Assembly: GCA_965204735.1 (NCBI GenBank)
Contig: OZ242008.1
Coordinates: 1,280,001 to 1,344,000, forward strand
Direction of reading: 5' to 3'
DNA from: Longimicrobiales bacterium
Lineage (GTDB): Bacteria; Gemmatimonadota; Gemmatimonadetes; Longimicrobiales; Gaopeijiaceae
Length of the DNA stretch: 64,000 nucleotides
Shown: positions 48,184 to 57,701 of the stretch, one piece after another
Position numbering within the stretch: position 1 is the first letter of the stretch
How the letters are laid out: each line of letters starts with the position of its first letter
Position numbers and translations under genes: made by a program
Notes under the pieces: model-generated
What the model saw: the letters and a program-made list of their open reading frames with translations, nothing else
Database searches by the model: none
What the model was told of the DNA's origin: nothing

Positions 48184-49127
48184 AGCGGGCCGGCTGGACG
48201 GTCGCAGCTCTGGCTCTCCTCGCCCTCGCGGCGCTGGCGGCGAAACGCTCCTCCCAGCAGCGCCACGCGGCGGCGTGGCGAGCCGTCGTCGCTGCGGGCC
48301 TGCGCGAGCTCGATCCCGCGGCCCTCGTTCCAGTGATGGACTTGCCCAACGAGCTGCGCGAGAGCTCGGGCGTGGCGGCCAGCGTTCGAAACCCCGGCGT
48401 CCTGTGGACGCACAACGATTCCGGCCACGGCCCCGTGGTCTACGGCATCCAACCCGGCAGCCGCGCCCCCGGCGGAGTGGTCGCCCGGCTCCGCCTGCGC
48501 AACGCGCCCGCGTCCGATTGGGAGGACATCGCCCTGGGGCCTTGTCCGTCGCCCGCGCCCGGCCCGTGCCTCTTCGTAGCCGACATCGGCGACAACTTCT
48601 CCCGTCGAGCCTCCGTGGCCTTGATCGTCTTCGAGGAGCCGCGGCTGGACGGGACCAGCGGCGAGAGCTTTGACGTAGAGTGGTCCGCGGCCAGGGTCCG
48701 CTACCCCGACGGTCCGGTAGACGCCGAGGGGGTTGCCGTGTCGGAAGCGGGCGACCTGATGGTGGTGACGAAGGAGTCCGGAAGCAGGGGACGGGTGTTC
48801 TTGCTGCTCCGGGACGAGCTGGCCAGCGCCTTGAAGGAAGGCCCCGTCTCGATGCGTGCCGCCGGCGCCGTTGGGACGCGCTGGTCGATGGGCGTGACCG
48901 CCGCCGCTTGGGCCGGCGGAGAGCTGGTCGTCCGAACCACGTACGAGGTCTTCTTCTGGCGGCAAGAGGGCGACGGATGGACGCAGGCCCGACCGCCCTG
49001 CTTCGTCGGCCACGCCGGATCGGGCGGGGAAGGTCTGGACGCGCCTCGGCCGGGCGTCCTCTACCTCACTCGCGAGAGAAGCTCGGAACGTCCGGCGGGG
49101 CTGGACGTGGCCGTCTGCGCGCGGTGA
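48180..49127 (+). CDS. Exported beta-propeller-like hypothetical protein
   Basis: N-terminal hydrophobic segment; ESSG, WTHNDSG, DWEDIA, ADIGDN and DAEG acidic motifs. Confidence 0.7.
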   Translation: MKRAGWTVAALALLALAALAAKRSSQQRHAAAWRAVVAAGLRELDPAALVPVMDLPNELRESSGVAASVRNPGVLWTHNDSGHGPVVYGIQPGSRAPGGVVARLRLRNAPASDWEDIALGPCPSPAPGPCLFVADIGDNFSRRASVALIVFEEPRLDGTSGESFDVEWSAARVRYPDGPVDAEGVAVSEAGDLMVVTKESGSRGRVFLLLRDELASALKEGPVSMRAAGAVGTRWSMGVTAAAWAGGELVVRTTYEVFFWRQEGDGWTQARPPCFVGHAGSGGEGLDAPRPGVLYLTRERSSERPAGLDVAVCAR

Positions 49128-50319
49128 CCGCCTGGGAGTGCTGGAAGGCCAGCAGGCCGCCAAGGACCACAAGCGCCGCGGGCCAGGCAAGCCCCGGCGC
49201 CGCGATCCCGGCGACCGCGCCCGCCACGCCGAGCCGGAACCATGGACGGCGGTCGGGATGGATCGTCGGCCACGCGCGTTCAGGCAGACGGGCTTCGGCT
49301 GCTTCCAGCAGCACGGCGACGGCGCTGGCCACAGCCAGGAACAGCAGGACGGAAGCCGCAGCAGGGTGGTCGGCGCCGGCGACCGCGCGGGCCAAGAGGA
49401 CCGTCGTGGCGGCGCCGGCAACGAGGGCTTGGCCGAGAAGCCGGATCCGAAGCAGAAGGCGCCGACGCTCGTCGTGCGCCGTGGAGGGGTCGGGGAGAAG
49501 GGCGACCGCCACGGCGAGGACGCCGGCGATCAGCGCCAGTCCCGGCGGAGGCGGCTCGGGACCGGGCTCGGCGACGAAGTGGAGCGCCAGCACGAGGCCG
49601 AAGGCGCCGACCACGACCCCGGCTCGAACCTGCCGGCTGCGCCGGAGGGACCGGTCTGCGCTCGGGGGAGTTCGACCTCCGGGCCGTCCCGAGTCCCAAG
49701 CCAGGAACCCGCCGGCGACGGCCGCGAAGACCGCCGCCGCAAGCGGAGCCGCCGTGTGCCAGAGCGGGTCCGCGGCCTGCAGCACGCCGCTTGGGATCAG
49801 AACAAAGGGGACCAGGTACGCGCCCGCTGCGATCGACTTGCTCCAGCCGTGCAGAAGGCGCGGAAGCTCGGAGCGAACGGGGGCGAACGTCTCCTGCCTG
49901 CCCAAGACCAACGTGGCGATCAGCCAAGCGGCGGCGGCCAAGGGCGCTCCGCCGACCAGCCAGCCGAAGGACACCGGGTACTGATCGTTGGGGTAGAGGA
50001 CGAAGGGAGCGAAGGAGAGGGCGGCTCCTGTGGCCAGCCCACCGCCCGCCAGGGCGGCGACTCCCGCCAGCCGGCTGCCGCGACGGACCCCGATCCAACC
50101 CGTCGCGACGCCCAGAAGAACGGCCAGGAGCCCACCGGTCGCGGCCATGGAGAGCCGGTAGGGGTGGCCGACCGCGGAGTGGGCCTGGCCGGCGCCCGGG
50201 AAGAGACCGGCCCGGGCGCACAGGACCACGGTTGCGACGGCGAGGGCGTAGCCCAGCGCCGCGACGTGTTCCTGCCTGCGGTGCTCGAAGTCCATGAGAT
50301 GCGCCTCCTGGTGTGACAT
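49066..50319 (-). CDS. Polytopic membrane protein, unknown function
   Basis: About 11-12 hydrophobic segments. Confidence 0.6.
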   Translation of the reverse strand: MSHQEAHLMDFEHRRQEHVAALGYALAVATVVLCARAGLFPGAGQAHSAVGHPYRLSMAATGGLLAVLLGVATGWIGVRRGSRLAGVAALAGGGLATGAALSFAPFVLYPNDQYPVSFGWLVGGAPLAAAAWLIATLVLGRQETFAPVRSELPRLLHGWSKSIAAGAYLVPFVLIPSGVLQAADPLWHTAAPLAAAVFAAVAGGFLAWDSGRPGGRTPPSADRSLRRSRQVRAGVVVGAFGLVLALHFVAEPGPEPPPPGLALIAGVLAVAVALLPDPSTAHDERRRLLLRIRLLGQALVAGAATTVLLARAVAGADHPAAASVLLFLAVASAVAVLLEAAEARLPERAWPTIHPDRRPWFRLGVAGAVAGIAAPGLAWPAALVVLGGLLAFQHSQAVTARRRPRPAPPDVPSFSRE

Positions 50320-50359
50320 GACATGTCAAAGTACTTGGAAACACAAAGTACACAGGACG

Positions 50360-50455
50360 CGCACGAGCCGCAAGAGCCTGGACCGGCCCACCTCCACGCC
50401 GGGTTCGAGCGGGCGGGAATGCGGCTCGACTCTCGCACGAGCCGCAAGAGCCTGG
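50360..50455. repeat. 22-bp exact direct repeat with 52-nt spacer
   Basis: CGCACGAGCCGCAAGAGCCTGG at 50360-50381 and 50434-50455; similarity continues imperfectly for about 14 more bp. Confidence 0.9.
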
Positions 50456-50533
50456 GCTGGCCCGCCTCCTGGGTGCCCGCCTCGCCGGGCGAACACTGCG
50501 GCCCACGTCTCGGCCGGGTGGGAGGGCGTGGTC

Positions 50534-51664
50534 TTACGGTGCGGCGATGGGCAGGGTGTGGGTGCCTGATGGCGGCCGGGGCGGCGGCCGTGGGCGTTCC
50601 ACCGCGGCCCCGCCCCGAAACCGGTACCCTGTCAGCTCTTTGCGCCAGCGCGGCAACCGCAGCCCCGACGGCCCGCCGAAGTTGGTGGGGCGCGACTTGA
50701 AGATCGGCGTGCGCATCCACCACTCCCGCACGTACCAGCTTTCCCCGCGCGTGCGGGCCAGCACGATCTCCCCGCCCTGTTGCTCCGCCGCTTGCCCCGC
50801 CGTCAAGTGGCGGAACTCCACCTTTGCGACCCTCGCCGCCGAGCGGCTGATCACGAACGCGCCCTCGATCCCGGCGCCGGTCATCTCCGGCGCCGAGCGG
50901 AAGAGGAGCAGGAGCGTGTCGGGTCCCTCCGCCTCCAGCGCGAAGCAGTGATTCGCCTGGAACCAGGGCGACACCAGCAGCCCGGGCGACGGGGCGAAGT
51001 ATCGAACCCGCCGGTCTCCAAGGTCTTCCGCCCATCCCGTGTCCTCCAGGGTGGCCGAGTCCACGAAGGCGAATGGAGCGCCCTCCCGCTTGACCGCCGT
51101 GTCTGCGACCACTTCCCGGAAGTTCAGCTCCGGGTCCATCTCGCCGCTGTAGGTCGCGACGTCGAAGACCGCATCGCCGTCTGCGGAGCCGAGGGTGGTT
51201 CTGGCGAGCGTCGCCCGCACCAATTCCCATGCGTCCCCAAGCGCGCCGCCCGTCGCCGCCGACGGGATCGAGCACACCGTTTCGGTGGAGACCGTCACTC
51301 CCGGCAGCTCGATCGGCTCGGCAAGCAGCCGCAGCTCCAACTCCCGACCAAGGTCCTCGACCGGCACCTCGTGGCGCCGAAACCCAATCCGCTCCACAAC
51401 GATGGCGTAGGGCGCCGGGCCGTCCACCATGAGCCGGAACTGTCCCGAACCGCCGCTCAGCCGACGGTCCCGCTCGACCCCCTCGCCGTCCAGCAGCGCG
51501 ACCATCGCCTCCGCCACCGGGTCGCCCGTCGCTGCGTCGAGGAGTCGTCCGCCGACGACCTGGCCCGTCAAGGGAACCGCCGACCCGATCAGCAAGGCCC
51601 CGGCCCAGACCGCCGGCCGCGCCGATGCGCGTCCGATCTTGGCGCCTAGTTGACGATCACGCAC
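50534..51664 (-). CDS. Carboxypeptidase regulatory-like domain exported protein
   Basis: Signal then QVVGGRLLDAATGDPVAEA.V.L...G.F....ERIGF. Start approximate. Confidence 0.7.
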   Translation of the reverse strand: MRDRQLGAKIGRASARPAVWAGALLIGSAVPLTGQVVGGRLLDAATGDPVAEAMVALLDGEGVERDRRLSGGSGQFRLMVDGPAPYAIVVERIGFRRHEVPVEDLGRELELRLLAEPIELPGVTVSTETVCSIPSAATGGALGDAWELVRATLARTTLGSADGDAVFDVATYSGEMDPELNFREVVADTAVKREGAPFAFVDSATLEDTGWAEDLGDRRVRYFAPSPGLLVSPWFQANHCFALEAEGPDTLLLLFRSAPEMTGAGIEGAFVISRSAARVAKVEFRHLTAGQAAEQQGGEIVLARTRGESWYVREWWMRTPIFKSRPTNFGGPSGLRLPRWRKELTGYRFRGGAAVERPRPPPRPPSGTHTLPIAAP

Positions 51665-52284
51665 CAAAGATCGCCGTGGACGTGGATCATGTCGTCGCAG
51701 CACTCGCCCGTGCCTGCCCTGTACCCCGAGATGCACGAAGGATCTGCTTCGAAGAGCGTACTCTCGTCGCCGCTGCTGCCGCACCCCGACTTGTCGACGG
51801 AAACGCGGTCGAACGCGTGCGACCCGCAGGCCGGGGCGCCCGCGACGGCGGTCGCCGTGCCTGTCTGGGCCTGGGACGGGCGGGAAGGCAGGAGTTTCTC
51901 GTATCCGTCGGCCAACCGGGCGCGACGCATTCTGCCCTCGACCACTCGGCGATACTCCGGGCCAGTCATGCCCTGTGTCGATGCCTTCTTCTCCAGATAC
52001 CGCTCTGTGTGCGTCGACTCCGCCGACAACTCGCGACGGACCGAGTCGGCCGTGATGCCGCGGATCACGGCTTGGCGACCAATCCATGCTTCGTCGGCGA
52101 GCAGGCGCTCCGTGAACTCCAGCGTCCGCACAGCCGCTTCGGCGGCATCGAAGTAGAAGGAAGCGACGATCAGGCCACCGATGCCAGGCGACCTCTCGTC
52201 GGCGGGCGGCGAGGCAGGCGGCCGAGCGACGTCCTGACAGGCGGCGGAGAGCAGGAGCAGTGCGAGGAAGATTCCGTTTCTCAT
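51646..52284 (-). CDS. Lipoprotein with Cys-rich C-terminal module
   Basis: AAGGA RBS, lipobox SAAC, six Cys in the last ~60 aa. Confidence 0.65.
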   Translation of the reverse strand: MRNGIFLALLLLSAACQDVARPPASPPADERSPGIGGLIVASFYFDAAEAAVRTLEFTERLLADEAWIGRQAVIRGITADSVRRELSAESTHTERYLEKKASTQGMTGPEYRRVVEGRMRRARLADGYEKLLPSRPSQAQTGTATAVAGAPACGSHAFDRVSVDKSGCGSSGDESTLFEADPSCISGYRAGTGECCDDMIHVHGDLWCVIVN

Positions 52285-52596
52285 CGGCTGTCCTTCTCCT
52301 GAAGGAACGTGACTTCTCCGGATCGACTGGTGCTTCGCCGATACGTACCCCCGGAACGGCCAAGTGTTCCCTCGCAGCCTGAAGACGGCTGCTGCTTCAA
52401 TCTTGAACTGCGGTCTCCAGCCAGGTCAAGACTTGACCGGCGACCCCTTTCTGCCTTCCTGCCTTCCCTCGCCGAAGGCCGTGGCCGCCCTGCCGCCCTC
52501 CTCGTCATCAGGAGCCGGTCCCTCATCAGGAGCGAGTTGGGGCCGCTCCCGGATCGCCGTCCGAGCGCCCGCGGCAATGCTTGGGGTTGCGGAGGG

Positions 52597-52612
52597 TTTA
52601 GGCTTGCCTAAA
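52597..52612. promoter_or_regulatory. DtxR/MntR-type operator palindrome
   Basis: TTTAGGC-TT-GCCTAAA perfect inverted repeat with TTAGG/CCTAA arms, ~90 bp upstream of a DtxR-family gene. Confidence 0.8.
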
Positions 52613-52701
52613 TTTTCAGCTGCGATCACCGGTTCTCTCGCTTCGGCCCGCCCCGCCCGCGGCCAGGGGCCCCGTCCAGTCCCCCTTCGAGGAAGAACGC
52701 C

Positions 52702-53745
52702 TTGACGCCCAATCCTGTGCTCGCCCTTCTGGCCTTCGCCGGCTTGGCGGCTCTCTGCGCGGTGGTCCTGTGGCCGGTCCACGGGGGCGTCGCGCGGGTG
52801 CGGCACTTGGCGGCGCTGACCGGCCGAGTCCGGCTGGAGGACGTGCTGAAGCAGCTTCACAAGCTGGAGTACGAAGGGCTGCAGGCCACGGCGGAGAGCG
52901 TTGCCGGGGGAGTCCAGATTCCTCGCCAACAGGCGATCCGGATACTCCAGCGCCTTGAAGAGACGGGCCTTGCAACCGCTCGGGACACGGTCTTCCGCCT
53001 GACTCCGGCAGGCCGCGCCTACGCCCTGCGGATCGTGCGGACGCACCGCCTCTGGGAGCGGTTCCTCGCCGACCGGACGGGCACGCCGCCCCAGGAATGG
53101 CACGGACGAGCCGAGGCTCGCGAGCACACGCTGTCGCCCTCGGACGCGGAGGAGCTGGCCGCGGCGCTGGGCCACCCGGTGTACGATCCCCACGGCGACC
53201 CGATCCCCACGGCCGACGGCCGGATGCCCGTCCGCGCGGGCTTTCCTCTCTCTTCGCTGCGCGTTGGAGATCGAGGCGTCGTGACGCACCTGGAGGACGA
53301 GCCCGCCGCCATCTTCGGCGAGCTTGTGGCGCTGGGACTGGGGATCCGCTCGCCGGTGCAGCGACTGGAGGGACCCCCCGGCAGGGTGCGCTTCCAGGTG
53401 GGAGGAGAGGTCCACGACTTGTCCGCGGCCGTAGCCCGGAACGTCACCGTGGAGCCTGTCGCGGAGCCCGTCGAGCCCGCCGGCTGGTCGAGGACGCTCG
53501 CCGACTTGGAACCGGGCGAGTCGGCGACGGTGGCGGGGATCGCGCCCGCGTGCCGGGGCCCGGCCCGCCGTCGGCTGCTGGACCTTGGGGTGGTGCCTGG
53601 GACGGTGGTCCGCGCCCAGCTCCGAAGCGCAGCCGGCGATCCGGTGGCGTACGACGTGCGGGGCGCCCTGCTCGCCTTGCGGCGAAAGCAGGCGGTCCTG
53701 GTCGGCGTCGAGGCCGCCTCTCCCGCTGGCGGAGCGGGGCGATGA
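52702..53745 (+). CDS. DtxR/MntR family metal-dependent regulator with N-terminal TM segment and two FeoA domains
   Basis: EDVLK, R.HRLWERFL, AEAREH and P.YDPHGDPIP; C-terminal RRLLDLGVVPG..GDP....RG..LALR. Confidence 0.88.
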   Translation: MTPNPVLALLAFAGLAALCAVVLWPVHGGVARVRHLAALTGRVRLEDVLKQLHKLEYEGLQATAESVAGGVQIPRQQAIRILQRLEETGLATARDTVFRLTPAGRAYALRIVRTHRLWERFLADRTGTPPQEWHGRAEAREHTLSPSDAEELAAALGHPVYDPHGDPIPTADGRMPVRAGFPLSSLRVGDRGVVTHLEDEPAAIFGELVALGLGIRSPVQRLEGPPGRVRFQVGGEVHDLSAAVARNVTVEPVAEPVEPAGWSRTLADLEPGESATVAGIAPACRGPARRRLLDLGVVPGTVVRAQLRSAAGDPVAYDVRGALLALRRKQAVLVGVEAASPAGGAGR

Positions 53746-56087
53746 GCGGGGTTGGAAGCACGGCGCGCCGCCGGGCCCAGTCGGTCCGAGCCGCCGAGGC
53801 GCGCCCTCGGGGGCGCTTGGTCCGACTGGGGCTTGGGCCCGGGCGCTGGGACCACCTGCTCGCCCTGGCCGGCAACCCCAACGTGGGCAAGACCACCGTC
53901 TTCAACGCGCTGACGGGGCTGCGCCAGCACACGGGCAACTGGCCCGGCAAGACGGTCGCGCGCGCGGAGGGGACGTTCGCCCACGGTGGTTGCCGGGTGA
54001 AGGTGGTGGACCTTCCCGGCGCCTACTCCCTGCACGCCGGCAGCGCCGACGAAGAAGTTGCCCGAGACTTCCTGCTCTTCGGACGCCCGGACGCGACGGT
54101 GGTCGTGGTCGACGCGATGCGGCTGGAGCGGAACCTGAACCTGGCCCTCCAGGTCTTGGAGATCACGGACCGGGTGGTCGTCTGCCTCAACTTGGTGGAC
54201 GAGGCCCGTCGCCACGGCGTGTCGGTCGAAGCAGGGCGGCTGGAGCGCGAGCTGGGAGTGCCGGTCGTGGAGACCGTGGCGCGGCAGGGCGAGGGCATTC
54301 CGCAGCTGCTGGACGCCGCAGTCGCGGTGGCGTCCGGCGAGCGGAAGACCGCTCCCTACCGCACCCGTTCGCACCCGTCCGGGGTGCAGGAGGCCGTCGC
54401 CGCGGTGGAGCCGCTGATCGAGGAAGAGTTCCCGGGTCTGCCCAACGCCAAGTGGGTGGCCCTTCGGCTGCTCAACGCGGACGAAGGAGTGGCCGAGGCG
54501 GTCCGCTCCGGGGAGATCGGCGCCGCCAACGGTGCCGCCGAGCCGGTCCGCAAGTCCCGTCGTGGACGTGCCAGCGCCGGTGATGCTCCGGCGCCCGACG
54601 ACGGCGCCGGAGAGCCGGTCCGCGAGTCCCGCACCGCCGGCAAGAGCGACGTCGCGCCACCGCCCGCCACGGGCCGCGCCCGCATCCTGGACGCCGCCAC
54701 CCGTCAGCGCTGGAAGCTGGGCGCCGGCTTCCACGACCTGCTGGCCGAGAACCTCTACCGAGAAGCCGAGCGAATCGCGCGGACCGCGGTCCGACGCGAC
54801 GACGGCAAGTCCCACGCAGCCTTCGACCGAAAGCTGGACCGGTGGCTGACCAGCCGCGTGACGGGCTTCCCCCTCATGCTGGCGATCCTGGCGGCCGTCT
54901 TCTGGGTGACGATCGCCGGGGCCAACGTTCCGTCGGCCATGCTGGCGGCCCTCCTGGTCGACGGCCTCCATCCCGCCCTCGACGACTTCGGGGCCTGGGC
55001 CGGAATGCCCTGGTGGCTCTCCGGCTTCCTCTTCGACGGCGTCTACTTGGCCACGGCCTGGGTCGTGAGCGTGATGCTTCCTCCGATGGCGATCTTCTTC
55101 CCGCTCTTCACGCTGCTGGAGGACTTCGGGTACCTGCCCCGCGTCGCCTTCAACCTGGACTCCCTCTTCCGCCGGGCGGGGGCCCACGGCAAGCAGGCCC
55201 TCACCATGAGCATGGGGTTCGGCTGCAACGCGGCGGGCGTGGTGGCCACCCGGGTGATCGACAGCCCCCGGGAACGACTGATCGCGGTCGTCACCAACAA
55301 CTTCTCCCTCTGCAACGGCCGCTGGCCGACCCAGATCCTCGTGGCCGGCATCTTCATCGGCGCGCTGGCGCCGCCCCACCTTGCGGGCGCCGTCTCCGCA
55401 GGGGCCGTGGTGGGGGTCGCGCTGCTGGGAATCGCCTTCATGTTCCTGGCGTCGTGGGCGCTCTCCCGAACGGTGCTCCGAGGCGAGGCCACCACCTTCT
55501 CCCTCGAGCTCCCGCCGTACCGGCCGCCGCGCGTCCTGAAGACCCTGTACACGTCGGTGATCGACCGGACTCTGATCATCCTCTGGCGGGCGGTGCTCTT
55601 CGCGGTCCCCGCCGGCGCGGCGACCTGGCTGCTGGCGAACATCTCGGCCGGCAACGCCTCCCTGGCCGTCCACGGGATCGAGCTGCTGCACCCCTTCGGC
55701 CTCCTGATCGGCCTCAACGGAGTGATTCTCCTGGCCTACGTGATCGCCGTCCCCGCCAACGAGATCGTGATCCCCACCGTCCTCATGCTCACGGTCGCCG
55801 CCTTGGGTTCGCCGGAGCTGGGCGCGGGCGCGGGCGTCATCTTCGAGAGCGACTCGCCGGCGGAGGTGGAAGGCCTGCTCCGAGCCGGCGGCTGGACGTT
55901 GCTGACGGGCGTGAACCTCATGCTCTTCAGCCTCCTCCACAACCCGTGCTCCACGACGATCTACACCATCTACAAGGAGACCGGGAGCGCCCGCTGGACG
56001 GCCCTCTCCGCCCTGCTGCCCCTGGCGCTCGGCTTTGTCACGTGCTTCCTGGTCGCCCAGGCTTGGCGGCTGGCCGGGGGCCCGTAG
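53742..56087 (+). CDS. feoB: Ferrous iron transporter B
   Basis: GNPNVGKT, HTGNWPGKTV, DLPG.YSL, LED.GYLPR, GFGCN, ELPPY and NPCSTT. Confidence 0.95.
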   Translation: MSGVGSTARRRAQSVRAAEARPRGRLVRLGLGPGRWDHLLALAGNPNVGKTTVFNALTGLRQHTGNWPGKTVARAEGTFAHGGCRVKVVDLPGAYSLHAGSADEEVARDFLLFGRPDATVVVVDAMRLERNLNLALQVLEITDRVVVCLNLVDEARRHGVSVEAGRLERELGVPVVETVARQGEGIPQLLDAAVAVASGERKTAPYRTRSHPSGVQEAVAAVEPLIEEEFPGLPNAKWVALRLLNADEGVAEAVRSGEIGAANGAAEPVRKSRRGRASAGDAPAPDDGAGEPVRESRTAGKSDVAPPPATGRARILDAATRQRWKLGAGFHDLLAENLYREAERIARTAVRRDDGKSHAAFDRKLDRWLTSRVTGFPLMLAILAAVFWVTIAGANVPSAMLAALLVDGLHPALDDFGAWAGMPWWLSGFLFDGVYLATAWVVSVMLPPMAIFFPLFTLLEDFGYLPRVAFNLDSLFRRAGAHGKQALTMSMGFGCNAAGVVATRVIDSPRERLIAVVTNNFSLCNGRWPTQILVAGIFIGALAPPHLAGAVSAGAVVGVALLGIAFMFLASWALSRTVLRGEATTFSLELPPYRPPRVLKTLYTSVIDRTLIILWRAVLFAVPAGAATWLLANISAGNASLAVHGIELLHPFGLLIGLNGVILLAYVIAVPANEIVIPTVLMLTVAALGSPELGAGAGVIFESDSPAEVEGLLRAGGWTLLTGVNLMLFSLLHNPCSTTIYTIYKETGSARWTALSALLPLALGFVTCFLVAQAWRLAGGP

Positions 56088-56169
56088 TCCCTTCGGGCCG
56101 CCCGCCTGGGACGAGCGGAGAGGCAGGCCGCCCGCGCTTGGCGTCCGACCGCGGGGCTCCCGGAGCCGA

Positions 56170-57585
56170 TCACTCCGCCCCTGCCGGGGGACCCGCCGCC
56201 TCCAGCATCTCGTCCACGCTGCACAGCTTCACCCGAGGGCGCCCCTGGACCTTCCCGGCCGCCGTCTCGCAGGCGTCGAGCCGCGCCCACCCCGCCTTGT
56301 CCACCCACCGGACGCCCCGCTCCCGAAGAAGCGCGCCAATGCCCGGCCGACGTGCGTGGGCGTCCTGGCCCGACGCCGGTCGCCGACTGCCGCCTCCAGC
56401 GAAGATCCCCGCCTCCCGGTCTTCCCGCATCGCCGCCACCGTCTCCGCCGCGTCGGCCTTGTTGGTGCCGATCACCCCGCTGGGACCTCGCTTCGCCCAC
56501 CCGACCACGTACTCCCCCGGGACGGCGCGACCCTCTGCTCCGAGAACCCGCCCGCCGTCGTTGGGGACGATCCCCCGTCGCGGGTCGAAGGGAACGCCCG
56601 GCGCCGCCACCCCTCGGTAGCCCACCGAGCGGAGCGCCAACCCGCACGGGAAGGTTTGGAAGCTGCCGGTTCCCACTGCGCGCACGTACCCGTCGTCCTG
56701 CTCTTCCAAGCGGTTCAGCTCGGCCCGAACGCCCGTCGCGCGTCCCTCCCGGCCCAGGACCTCCACCGGCGAGAGGAAGAAACGAAAGCGCACGACGCGG
56801 TCGCCCTCCTCCGGCGTCGCCTCGGCGTAGCCGCGGAGCGTGGCCAAGTTGCGCGTCAGCACCCGATCTCCTTGAACCGCCGCCTCGCTTGCCGGGTCCA
56901 GCTCCAGCTCGGCGGCCTCGGCCACTGCGGCCACGCCCGCCAGCTTGCCGAACTCCCGCAGCTCCGGGTTGGTGAACGACGCCTGGGCCGGCCCGCGCCT
57001 TCCCAGCACGGTCACCTCCCGCACTCGGCTCCGGCGCAGGACCTCCAGGGCGTGGTCGGCGATGTCGGTGCCGGCCAGCCGTTCGGGGGAGCTCGTCAGA
57101 ATCCTGGCCACGTCGACGGCGACGTTGCCGTTGCCCACGACCACCACTCGCTCGCACCCCAGGTCGAAACCGACGTCGCGGTACTCGGGGTGGCCGTTGT
57201 ACCAGCCGACGAAGCTCGTGGCGTCGCGGCTTCCCTCCAGGTCCTCGCCCGGAATGCCGAGGCGGCGGCCGCTCTGCGCTCCCATCGCGTAGACGATCTG
57301 GTCGTACGCGGCGCGCAGGTCGGCGACCTCCACGTCCGTGCCCAAGTTCACGGCGCCGAAGTAGCGCACTTCCTCCCGCTCCAGGAGCCGCTGGTACACC
57401 TTCGCGACCGACTTGATCGCCTGGTGGTCCGGCGCCACCCCGTCCCGGACCAGTCCGTAGGGCGCGGGCAGCCGGTTGAAGATGTCCACCGCCGGCGAGC
57501 CGCCGTCCTTCAGCAGGGCCTCGGCGGCGAAGAACCCGGCGGGCCCGGCGCCGACGATGGCGATCTTGGGGGTCGCGTCGCTCAC
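56170..57585 (-). CDS. Ferredoxin-NADP+ reductase (FprA/adrenodoxin reductase-like)
   Basis: IVGAGPAG, PYGLVR.GVAPDH, FVGWYNGHP, GNGNVAVDVAR and GW.KRGPSGVIGTNK; GGAGGT RBS before GTG. Confidence 0.92.
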   Translation of the reverse strand: MSDATPKIAIVGAGPAGFFAAEALLKDGGSPAVDIFNRLPAPYGLVRDGVAPDHQAIKSVAKVYQRLLEREEVRYFGAVNLGTDVEVADLRAAYDQIVYAMGAQSGRRLGIPGEDLEGSRDATSFVGWYNGHPEYRDVGFDLGCERVVVVGNGNVAVDVARILTSSPERLAGTDIADHALEVLRRSRVREVTVLGRRGPAQASFTNPELREFGKLAGVAAVAEAAELELDPASEAAVQGDRVLTRNLATLRGYAEATPEEGDRVVRFRFFLSPVEVLGREGRATGVRAELNRLEEQDDGYVRAVGTGSFQTFPCGLALRSVGYRGVAAPGVPFDPRRGIVPNDGGRVLGAEGRAVPGEYVVGWAKRGPSGVIGTNKADAAETVAAMREDREAGIFAGGGSRRPASGQDAHARRPGIGALLRERGVRWVDKAGWARLDACETAAGKVQGRPRVKLCSVDEMLEAAGPPAGAE

Positions 57586-57701
57586 TTGCTTGACCTCCGC
57601 GAAGGGCCTCGGCGACCTTTCTGGTCCCGGGCGTGCCGACGACGGCGGCAACCGCCTTCGAGCGACCATTCGCACGCACCACACCGAGGAGGCGACAAGC
57701 A

